Positions 26,985-37,971 of a stretch of DNA of 64,000 nt are shown here, one piece after another. Numbering within the stretch: the stretch's first letter is position 1; every line of letters begins with the position of its first letter. Location of the stretch: positions 17,484,001 through 17,548,000 of the forward strand of contig NC_047015.1 in assembly GCF_902652985.1 (NCBI RefSeq), written 5' to 3'. Origin of the DNA: Pecten maximus. Taxonomy: Eukaryota. The notes under the pieces were generated by a model. That model was not told where the DNA came from, ran no database searches, and saw only the letters and a program-made list of their open reading frames with translations. A program made the position numbers and the translations under genes.

Positions 26985-28515
26985 CACTTCAGACATTGCA
27001 TTACTCACACATTCTACTTCAGACATTTTATTACTCTCACATTCTACTTCAGACATTGTATTACTCTCACAATCCACTTCAGACATTGTAATACTCTCAC
27101 AGTCTACTTCAGACATTGTCTTACTCTCACAGTCCTCTTCAGACATTGTAATACTCTCACAATCCACTTCAGACATTGTAATACTCTCACAGTCTACTTC
27201 AGACATTGTAATACTCTCACAATCCACTCCAGACATTGTATTACTCTCAAACTTTACTTCAGACCTTGTGTTGTCCTCACAGCCTACACCAGACATTGTG
27301 TCGTCCTCACAGCCTACATCAGACCTCGTGTTGTCCTCACAGTCTACTTCAGACCTTGTGTTGTCCTCACAGCCTACACCAGACCTTGTGTTGTCCTCAC
27401 AGCCAACATCAGACCTTGTGTTGTCCTCACAGTCTACTTCAGACCTCGTGTTGTCCTCACAGCCAACATCATACCTTGTGTTGTCCTCACAGCCTACATC
27501 AGACCTTGTGTTGTCCTCACAGCCTACACCAGACCTTGTGTTGTCCTCACAGCCTACACCAGACCTCGTGTTGTCTCACAGCCTACATCAGACCTTGTGT
27601 TGTCCTCACAGTCTACATCAGACCTCGTGTTGTCCTCACAGCCTACATCAGACCTCGTGTTGTCCTCACAGCCTACATCAGACCTCGTGTTGTCTCACAG
27701 CCTACATCAGACCTTGTGTTGTCCTCACAGCCTACACCAGACCTTGTGTTGTCCTCACAGCCTACATCAGACCTTGTGTTGTCCTCACAGTCTACTTCAG
27801 ACCTTGTGTTGTCCTCACAACCTACTTCAGAATTCATTTTGCCCTCACAGCCTATCTATCTCAGAACGTGTGCTACCTTCATAGTCTACTTTAGACCTTG
27901 TGCTACCTTCAGTCTCTTTCAGACCTTGTGTTGCCATAACAGTCTACTTCAGTCCTCGTATTACTTCCATGTCTACTCCAGAGTTTGTCCTACCCTTACA
28001 CTCTACTTCAGACCTCGTGTTACCCTCACAGCCAACGTCACAACTTTTGTTACCCTCACAGCCAACGTCATACCTTTTGTTACCCTCACAGCCAACGTCA
28101 TACCTTTTGTTACCCTCACAGCCAACGTCATACCTTTTGTTACCCTCACAGCCAACGTCACACATTTTGTTACCCTCACAGTCAACGTCACACATTTTGT
28201 TACCCTCACAGTCAACGTCACACATGTTGTTACCCTCACAGTCTATTTCAGACGTTGTACCCATGTAGTCTACTTCAGACCTTGAACTACCCTCGTAATC
28301 TCTGTCAGACCTTGTGCTAACCTCACAGCCTACTTTAGAAATGTGTTGCCCTCACAGTCTACCTCAGACCTAGTATTACCCAGTCTACACCAGACCTTGC
28401 GTTGCCTTATCTTTACTATATAATAAGATGTTTTATTTTCCTAAAGTCTAGTTCAGACCCTGAGTTATCCTCACCTTCTACCTCAGACCTCGCGTTACCC
28501 TCAGTGTTCCTCAGA
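26985..28515. repeat. Minisatellite, 30-bp unit with graded sub-arrays
   Basis: CAGACATTGTAATACTCTCACAGTCTACTT -> CAGACCTTGTGTTGTCCTCACAGCCTACAT -> CATACCTTTTGTTACCCTCACAGCCAACGT. Confidence 0.93.
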
Positions 28516-29777
28516 CTAGCACAACACATTGTTATAAGTTCTACTTGCACGCCGAGTCTCATGTCTTTATTTCAGTAAGCGAGACATATAAACCTGTTCC
28601 AGATCGCTTTGTACAAATTAGGCTCTAATGTTTTCTTATCTTTCTCGATCGTGACGCCGAAGTTACTATTTGTGTCCAAATCAAATCAACCTTCCATGTG
28701 TGTTTCATCTCCATTTAGTCCTCACGTGACCTTGTGCGAGTAGACAAACTCGGACAATACTACCATCAACTCGCTACCAGTTCACACCATACAACTATAT
28801 ATATCATTTGACCCTGGTCCGAACTTCACTGTCTCAAGAGTTGTGTATGGCATTGTTTTTGAAGTTTCAAGACGACCACCGTTAGATACCGTGACCTACA
28901 ATCAGTTAATACAGTGGCACTACATACAAGTGGCTCAGTTCGCCCGGATCCATTTAATGTATTTTCTTGAGAGAAAAGACCTATACATTTTGTACATATA
29001 GATTTTATTCTCCGCGCCACTTTCTCTTGCCCGTGCTGGCGTGTTGATTCCTGATAATCCAATTGTAGAAGTTCATCAACATCAAATTACGATGGCCGAT
29101 ACATAGTAGTCCTATCCATCAGCAAATCACTCAATTAAACTAATTTTGTATTAATTGATATCAGACCGATTCATTAGGACGTGTGTACACACAATTACGA
29201 TAGATGTCGCTACCAGCATTGATTAACTTGTGACGGCAGGGCACATGAATGCTCAGCCGGATGAATTTGACGGATTGGTGTGGGGAGCACAATGTGCTTT
29301 CGTGGCTATTTTAGGGGTTTATAATTACATGGAGTTCTCCTGGAGCTCACTATAATTGACAGGTGAGCCGTCTTTATTTTCATTTGATATTTATAAACCC
29401 ATGACGTGAAAAAAAAAGAATAAAATTACCCCAAAAGATGTAAACATCATATCAAAGACTACAATTATTGTAACACCAAACAAGGTTCTGTATTAGACAA
29501 CAGTACATACCAGTATTGTGACGTACTGGTAATGAAGACAATGATGAAATGACATTAAGCATTGAACTCCTTTCAGTTGAAACGCACGAAACATGCCGCC
29601 ATATTGGCGAGGAATATCATTTGATACTTGCAGTAGTCAAATACGTATATTCCACTCTTTTTTTTCCGAAATAGCATATCACATTATCACAACTCATTAT
29701 TAGCAAACCCATATCCTACACCTTAAAATATATATCTATAATGAATATCATTGTAACTTATATCAGTTACCGGTAAC

Positions 29778-31100
29778 ACTATATCACTCCGTACTGTGTA
29801 TGTAGTGGGGATCTCTATATTACTCCGTACTGTGTAGGTAGTGTGGATCTCTATATTACTCCGTACTGTGTATGTAGTGTGGATCTCTATATTACTCCGT
29901 ACTGTGTATGTAGTGGGGATCTCTATATTACTCCGTATTATGTAGGTAGTGTGGATTTCTATATTACTCTGTACTGTGTAGGTACTGGAGATCTCTGTAT
30001 TACTCCGTACTGTGTAGGTAGTGTGGATCTCTATATTACTCCGTACTGTGTATGTAGTGTGGATCTCTATATTACTCCGTACTGTGTATGAAGTGTGGAT
30101 CTCTATATTACTCATAACTGTGTAGGTAGTGTGGATCTCTATATTACTCCGTACTGTGTAGGTAGTGTGGATCTCTATATTACTCCGTACTGTGTAGGTA
30201 GTGTGGATCTCTATATTACTCCGTACTGTGTAGGTAGTGTGGATCTCTATATTACTCCGTACTGTGTAGGTAGTGAAGATCTCTATATTACTCCATACTG
30301 TGTATATAGTGTGGATCTCTATATTACTCCGTACTGTGTAGGTAGTGTGGATCTCTATATTACTCCGTACTGTGTATGTAGTGTGGATCTCTATATTACT
30401 CCGTACTGTGTATGTGTGATCTCTATATTAATCCGTACTGTGTAGGTACTGGAGATATCTGTATTACTCCGTACTGTGTAGGTAGTGTAGATCTCTATAT
30501 TACTCCGTACTGTGTAGGTAGTGTGGATCTCTATATTACTCCGTACTGGGTATGTAGTGTGGATCTCTATATTACTCCGTACTGTGTATGTAGTGTGGAT
30601 CTCTATATTACTCCGTACTGTGTATGTAGTGTGGATCTCTATATTACTCCGTACTGTGTAGGTAGTGTGGATCTCTATGTTACTCCGTACTGTGTATGTG
30701 GTGGGGATCTCTATATTACTCCGTACTGTGTAGGTACTGGGGATCTCTGTATTACTCCGTACTGTGTAGGTAGTGTGGATCTCTATATTACTCCGTACTG
30801 TGTATGTAGTGTGGATCTCTATATTACTCCGTATTGTGTAGGTAGTGTGGATCTCTATATTACTCCGTACGGTGTAGGTAGTGTGGATCTCTATATTACT
30901 CCGTACTGTGTATGAATTAAGGATCTTTATATTACTCCGTACTGTGTAGGTAGTGTGGATCTCTATATTACTCCGTACTGTATAGGTAGTGTGGATCTCT
31001 ATATTACTCTGTACTGTGTAGGTAGTGTAGATCTCTGTATTACTCCGTACTGTGTATGTAGTGTGGATCTCTATATTACTCCGTACTGTGTATGTAGTGT
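29778..31100 (+). repeat. Minisatellite, 36-bp unit TACTCCGTACTGTGTAGGTAGTGTGGATCTCTATAT (left arm, ~36 copies)
   Basis: Direct tandem repetition. Confidence 0.97.
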
Positions 31101-31150
31101 AACCAAATAACCCTTGCTGTTAATAGGACGTTAAACAAAACAAACCAAAC
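31101..31150 (+). mobile_element. 50-bp SINE-like 3' tail fragment separating the two inverted arrays
   Basis: AACCAAATAACCCTTGCTGTTAATAGGACGTTAAACAAAACAAACCAAAC resembles the ..GACGTTAAA-(CAAA)n tail of mollusc SINEs (recognised from memory, not searched). Confidence 0.55.
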
Positions 31151-33904
31151 ATACACAGTACGGAGTAATATAGAGATCCAAACTTCATATACAGTACGGA
31201 GTAATACAGAGATCCCCACTACCTACACAGTACGGAGTAATATAGAGATCAACACTACCTACATAATATGGAGTAATATAGAGATCCACACCTCATACAC
31301 AGTACGGAGTAATATAGAGATCCACACTTCATATACAGTACGGAGTAATACAGAGATCCCCACTACCTACACAGTACGGAGTAATATAGAGATCAACACT
31401 ACCTACATAATATGGAGTAATATAGAGATCCACACTACATACACAGTACTGAGTAATATAGAGATATACACTATATACACAGAACGGAGTAATATAGAGA
31501 TCCACACTACATACACAGTATGGAGTAATATAGAGATCCACACTACATACACAGTACGGAGTAACATGGAGATCCACACTACATACACAGTACGGAGTAA
31601 TATAGAGATCCACACTACCTACACAGTACGGAGTAATAAAGAGATCCACACTTCATACACAGTACGGAGTAATATAGAGATCCACACTACCTACACAGTA
31701 CGGAGTAATATAGAGATCCACACTACCTACACAGTACGGAGTAATATAGAGATCCACACTACCTACACAGTACGGAGTAATATCGAGATCCCCACTACAT
31801 ACACAGTACGGAGTAATATAGAGATCCACACTACCTTCACGGTACGGAGTAATATAGAGATCCACAGTACATACACAGTACGGAGTAATATAGAGATCTG
31901 CACTATATACACAGTACGGAGTAATATAGAGATCCACACTACATACACAGTACGGAGTAATATAGAGATCTACACTACCTACACAGTACGGAGTAATACA
32001 GAGATCCACACTACCTACACAGTACGGAGTAATACAGAGATCACCACTACCTACACAGTATGGAGTAACATAGAGATCCACACTACATACACAGTACGGA
32101 GTAATATAGAGATCCACACTACCTACACGGTACGGAGTAATATAGAGATCCACACTACCTACACAGTACGGAGTAATACAGAGATCCACACTACCTACAC
32201 AGTACGGAGTAATATAGAGATCCACACTACCTACACAGTACGGAGTAATATAGAGATCCACACTACCTATACAGTATGGAGTAATATAGAGATCCACACT
32301 ACCTACACAGTACGGAGTAATATAGAGATCCACACTACCTACACAGTACTGAGTAATATAGAGATCCACACTACATACACAGTACGGAGTAATATAGAGA
32401 TCCACACTACCTACACGGTACGGAGTAATATAGAGATCCACACTACCTACACAGTAAGGAGTAATACAGAGATCCACATTACATACACAGTACGGAATAA
32501 TATAGAGATCCCCACTACATACACAGTACGGAGTAACATAGAGATCCACAATACCTACACAGTACGGAGTAATATAGAGATCTTCACTACATACACAGTA
32601 CGGAGTAATACAGAGATCCACACTACCTACACAGTACGGAGTAATATAGAGATCCACACTACCTACACAGTACGGAGTAACATAGAGATCCACAATACCT
32701 ACACAGTACGGAGTAATATAGAGATCTTCACTACATACACAGTACGGAGTAATACAGAGATCCACACTACCTACACAGTACGGAGTAATATAGAGATCCA
32801 CACTACCTACACAGTACGGAGTAATACAGAGATCTCCAGTACCTACACAGTACGGAGTAATATAGAGATCCCCACTACATACACAGTACGGAGTAACATA
32901 GAGATCCACAATACCTACACAGTACGGAGTAATATAAAGATCTTCACTACATACACAGTACGGAGTAATACAGAGATCCACACTACCTACACAGTACGGA
33001 GTAATATAGAGATCCACACTACCTACACAGTACGGAGTAACATAGAGATCCACAATACCTACACAGTACGGAGTAATATAGAGATCTTCACTACATACAC
33101 AGTACGGAGTAATACAGAGATCCACACTACCTACACAGTACGGAGTAACATAGAGATCCACAATACCTACACAGTACGGAGTAATATAGAGATCTTCACT
33201 ACCTACACAGTACGGAGTAATATAGAGATCCACACTACCTACACAGTACGGAGTAATATAGAGATCCACACTACCTATACAGTACGGAGTAATATAAAGA
33301 TCCACACTACCTACACAGTACAGAGTAATACAGAGATCGCCACTACATACACAGTACGGAATAATATAGAGATCCCCACTACATACACAGTACGGAGTAA
33401 CATAGAGATCCACAATACCTACACAGTACGGAGTAATATAGAGATCTTCACTACATACACAGTACGGAGTAATACAGAGATCCACACTACCTACACAGTA
33501 CGGAGTAATATAGAGATCCACACTACCTACACAGTACGGAGTAATATAGAGATCCACACTACCTATACAGTACGGAGTAATACAGAGATCCACACTACCT
33601 ACACGGTACGGAGTAATATAGAGATCCACACTACCTACACAGTACGGAGTAATACAGAGATCCCCACTACCTACACAGTACGGAGTAATATAGAGATCCC
33701 CACTACCTACACAGTACGGAGTAATACAGAGATCCCCACTACCTACACAGTACGGAGTAATACCGAGATCCACACTACCTACACAGTACGGAGTAATACA
33801 GAGATCCACACTACCTACACAGTACGGAGTAATACAGAGATCCCCACTACCTACACAGTACGGAGTAATATAGAGATCCACACTACCTACACATTACGGA
33901 GTAA
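31151..33904 (-). repeat. Same 36-bp minisatellite in inverted orientation (right arm, ~76 copies)
   Basis: ACAGTACGGAGTAATATAGAGATCCACACTACCTAC is the reverse complement of the left-arm unit. Confidence 0.97.
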
Positions 33905-34290
33905 CCGAGGAGTCTGTACTAAAGGAATTACCACAGTATGAAGAATTTGCAGATTCACAGTACATAGCATGCCCCACTTTGTATGAAACAGTGTTCCCCT
34001 TTCGTAGTACAGTATACATATATAATATAAGATAATGCCATTGGTCGAGAACATTACACATACTTGGCAGTATCGTGATATATCATGCTTACCTTGTAGA
34101 TCTTCCACCCATGATTCTGTATGATTCACTTCCGCCTAATCTTTCTGTCACATGAAACAAACAATATTGGAATCAGTTTTTGTTCCTAGTCCATTCAACA
34201 GTAGTCACTATATAGTTCCGCTAGTAAAGCTCAGCAACAGATACCATTGACACCGTCTGGCCTGAACACAGTCGTGTGTCGCTTCACTTC

Positions 34291-34620
34291 CTATGTAGCT
34301 GGATGGAAGCACAGTTGTGTGGATTTCCACTGCCACTTGACTTTGTACTTGTTGTGGTCTGTCTGGACAAGTAGGACAGGATTTGTCTGATTCTCAAAGA
34401 GTAACATGGACGATGTGGATCCCTTCAAGGAGACCAGGCGATAGTGACATTCCGGCAGCCTTCGCGCTAACAAGCTTCCCGGCACGACCGGCGATCGATC
34501 GAACCTAGAAATGCGAACAAAAGCATGTTCCAATATTGAACCGCCCAGATGTGGCTGCTCCACGGCGATCGATAACTTGAGGGCCTCTTCCGCAGTCAAA
34601 TGACTCTTTCGCTGTTCCAT
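34291..34620 (-). CDS. Putative 109-aa small protein / long uORF inside a 795-nt exon (34887-34093)
   Basis: ATG-to-TAG ORF of non-repetitive, protein-like composition. It lies within a segment bounded by a CAG acceptor (34890-34888) and an AAG|GTAAGC donor (34092). No family recognised. Confidence 0.35.
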   Translation of the reverse strand: MEQRKSHLTAEEALKLSIAVEQPHLGGSILEHAFVRISRFDRSPVVPGSLLARRLPECHYRLVSLKGSTSSMLLFENQTNPVLLVQTDHNKYKVKWQWKSTQLCFHPAT

Positions 34621-35035
34621 TCAATTTTAAAGAAATCCAATGTATCTATAGATATTGGTTTCGGAAAGAGAATGACTTCTCCATTCAAATCAGAGGCTGC
34701 ACTTGCCCTTAATACAAACTTTCATGATTTTCTAGCCATGATTCCTGACGTCTCAGATAAAATGTATGTTGTTGAAATGTCCACTTGCTCTTATTACGTA
34801 ACGTCGGTGACGTCGAAATCCACGAAAATAAGCATTCTTCCTTCGGTTCACTTAGTGACGCACGGTCCGACACGTTTCATAGGAGACCTGTGTTTAAACA
34901 ATATTTTATTGATATTTAAATACTTACACACAACATCACAATACAAATCATATAAATATAGGATTGGAAAACAAGCTAAAAGCTGATACTAATTCTGAGA
35001 CCTTGATGAATTACTGATAAAGTGTGGATTGTAAG

Positions 35036-35156
35036 CACAGGCGTCGGCTTCTGGTTAGTATTTAATGGGGAAATATTAGACCCTACTCCTACTATAGTAG
35101 TAGGAGTAGGGCTAATTTGTTTTTCTATTAATACTAACCAAAAGCAGACGCCTGTG
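35036..35156. repeat. ~120-bp foldback palindrome (MITE-like)
   Basis: cacaggcgtc..ccctactcctacta-tag-tagtaggagtaggg..gacgcctgtg. Confidence 0.75.
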
Positions 35157-35399
35157 TTGTAAGTGGACCGTATCAAATGGGAGAGGATATCCCTACAACA
35201 TGATCGATATCTAAAGGAATATTGGATTTCTTTCTTAAATGGGTATTCCGTCGTTGAAGTGAGTTTGTGCTATGAAAACAAAAGTAAACGGAAATCTCGT
35301 ATTTTCCTCAACTAGTAAAAGTTATAAACTTTACCGTAATACAACACCCAAAGCCCGAAGATAACCCAGTTCTTAAAAACAGTGTCTTCGAACCGAAGT

Positions 35400-36186
35400 G
35401 CGAAAATGTATCGCCATCAACGACTATTAATACGAGCATGCACAGACAAGTTCACAAACACAAGCTAAAATGGCGTACACGGCTGCCCGAGTAAACGTTT
35501 AGCTAATGGGTAAATCGGCGAGAAAATGAGGACACGACAAGATAGCGAACGTCATAAAAAAAACTACATTCTAGTTGGGAAGATGGAAATGAGCGAAGGA
35601 GGCCGTGTCAGTCGAATCGCACGAGGAATTCGCATTGCTTCTGCATGGGAAGTTCTGCGGGATAAATTGATAGTTGACACAACAGACTGACTACTTAGCT
35701 AGCTAAGGTCTATGGCTATTTTTTGGTTCTGGCGCCAACCGACCTTTAGCAACCGAACCCTATTGCCGATTGACACTGCGCTGTTCCGCTCTGATTTCAG
35801 GACGGAAAGAAAAATACAATAACATAAGTATTTGCAACTCTAAACTTGGTGACAACGGTTTCAACACTCGAATCACTAATTCACGCCTAATCAATAATGA
35901 TTTGCCTCAAAATACTTTGCTACATCATTTCACCGCTTCAAGTAACCTATTTCGAACATGGCGGCATTGGTTGTTAAAAATACGGAATGTGTGTACCAAG
36001 CGGAACAAATACAAAGTACGAAGCAAATAGCTTTTCGTATGTTTTTATCGAACCACCATTTTCAATCAGAGTGAACCGGAGTGAAGCCCGGAAATGTAAA
36101 TAATCGTGATTGTGTCTCTTTTATTGCAATTTTTGTGGATTTAATGATGGATTCATGAATATAGGTAATAACATAACATCGTAAGT
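35400..36186. promoter_or_regulatory. Bidirectional promoter region between the minus-strand transcript and RNF181, including a probable non-coding RNF181 exon 1 ending at 36180
   Basis: CpG-enriched. YY1-type motifs AAAATGGCG (35467-35475) and AACATGGCGGC (35955-35965), ETS-like CCGGAAAT (36088-36095). Plus-strand donor GTAAGT at 36181, with a candidate acceptor ttctgttccag at 37946 before the RNF181 ATG. Confidence 0.5.
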
Positions 36187-37220
36187 AATTTAAATGTAAT
36201 TTAACTGTTTTATATAATCAAAATCCTAACTTAGAACATTTGACATTCTGCGCAGTGCAGAGACGTTTGGGAAGTTAGAGGTTAGTCTGTGGCGTCTGTC
36301 ATAAGTTTCTCGCCTTGTAATCCTCTAACACTGTTGGAGTACAGACTCTTAATGAAGTTACCATGCTCACAAATCAGACACTCTAACAAAATATAACCTC
36401 ATCGAACCACAATAAATGATTTTACAAGTGCATTGTTATCATGTACACATCAGTTTGTAAACACGGCACACGTGTTTGCGCCCTTTGATGCTCATATTTA
36501 TGCGACTTTGTACACACAGATAATGTTTGTTTGTAATATCTTAAATGTTTTTTTTCATGTTCATTTACTAGCTATGCAGGTTACCTTAACATAAGTAATT
36601 TATGTAAACGAGCTATAAATGGGGTTTATAATCACAACAAAAAATGGTACACCTACATCACTCGCTATGCATGTCGTGATAAGCTTTACCCAATCATGTG
36701 ATTTTTAGCGAACTGATGGTGTCACAATGAAGCGTAGGAGGCGTAGCTGAATATTCCAGTTCGGATGCAGAGCGGCAGAGTTTTGTGGATTTTCTGTACA
36801 AATATGATATTTATTCCATCACAGCTAATCATAAATATGAGTTTAAGCTACATCTTATAGATAACTGCACAACACACATCTGGCGTTCGAACAAAGGAAT
36901 ACCCCTTTAATGAATGGACACCGGCAGACTTTGTCAGCAATATGTATATACCTATACCTGATCGCAATATTATATTAGCAATTGTTTGTTTATGACGTCA
37001 CATATTGTCAAATCATTGTTGCATTTAATCAATGGCTGCAATCCCATGAGGTCTAGACCTATATACGGGAATTTCTACCAAATTTTGACCTTCAATATTT
37101 TGAAGATTTAATATGCCAATGCCAATGCCATACAATGTAAGTCGCCTCTTACAGCAAGCATATTTTGATGTTTCAAAGTGTTGGAATGTTATCACTGGTA
37201 TATTTGGGTCTCATCATTTA

Positions 37221-37325
37221 TCACAGTTTAAAACAGTTTAAAATACATGGTGCCGAGACTACCTCTTCTGACAATTTATTCCAAGGCTGGATGCATGACA
37301 CGATGAATGAAGTCGCCATATTGTA
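37221..37325 (-). mobile_element. CR1/L2-type LINE 3' end remnant
   Basis: Translates as CIQPWNKLSEEVVSAPCILNCFKL, matching the WN-LP--VV-A-S--FK C-terminal motif of CR1/L2 ORF2. Confidence 0.5.
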
Positions 37326-37361
37326 ATAATTCGACTCTTTCTCCAGCTTAACGATGCCAGT

Positions 37362-37362
<1 letters not shown>

Positions 37363-37439
<77 letters not shown>
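37363..37439. repeat. (CT)n microsatellite, ~38 units
   Basis: Uninterrupted ctct run. Confidence 0.98.
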
Positions 37440-37442
<3 letters not shown>

Positions 37443-37971
37443 ACATCTACAAACATACATCTCAGAGTTTTATGTGACAAAATGGTAATCAGATTGTTAT
37501 CTTCTGACATAATTAGCTTTATTTTTTCAATATGCATTATGGACAGTTTAGTGTAGGCTAAATTGCACGTGAAACTGTGTTGTAAGGGAGATAACCCAAG
37601 TTAACTTATAACAAGGCCGTTTTCAAACGGTTGGTAAGGACGGACCTGGTGATTTATTTGTTTTGATTTTATTTGTTTTGAGACGAACTTTGACAAAGAA
37701 TTTTAAGGCCTGTATTAGCACCGGCAAGTCCATCGAGATTTATGCCTGAAAAATACATAAAAACAGACGTACCGGTTTGTCCGTAAGCTTATCTGTCAAC
37801 TCTATCAATGTGTATACGAACGCACCCTTCCTAAGCCTTTCACTTCCGGGATATCATGACTGTCAAAACAGAATCTAGAAACATCTTTCTGAAGCTATAT
37901 AGTCGATGACAGACTGAAAACGGTAGTGACGACGGTTCTGTTCCAGATTCAGAAAAAATCATCAAACTGTA

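Larger units (their letters stand above)
34093..35480 (-). other. Probable 5' leader exons (~35480-35335 and 34887-34093) of the minus-strand transcript, likely spliced to the GPCR exon starting at 17996
   Basis: Donors G|GTAAAG at 35334 and AG|GTAAGC at 34092. A strong acceptor (ctctcttcctcag) at 17997 lies 90 nt upstream of the GPCR ATG. The connection is inferred, not proven. Confidence 0.45.

Noticed and set aside
26701-28320. Ser/Thr-rich mucin-like ORFs
   Set aside because: 30-bp satellite with frameshifts, non-ATG starts and no signal peptide.
31566-33941. 791-aa (+) and 742-aa (-) overlapping ORFs
   Set aside because: Translation of a 36-bp satellite that lacks stops in these frames; the starts lie inside the array and no domain or splice context supports coding.
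37221-37537. ER-repeat ORFs
   Set aside because: Translation of a (CT)n microsatellite next to a LINE remnant.
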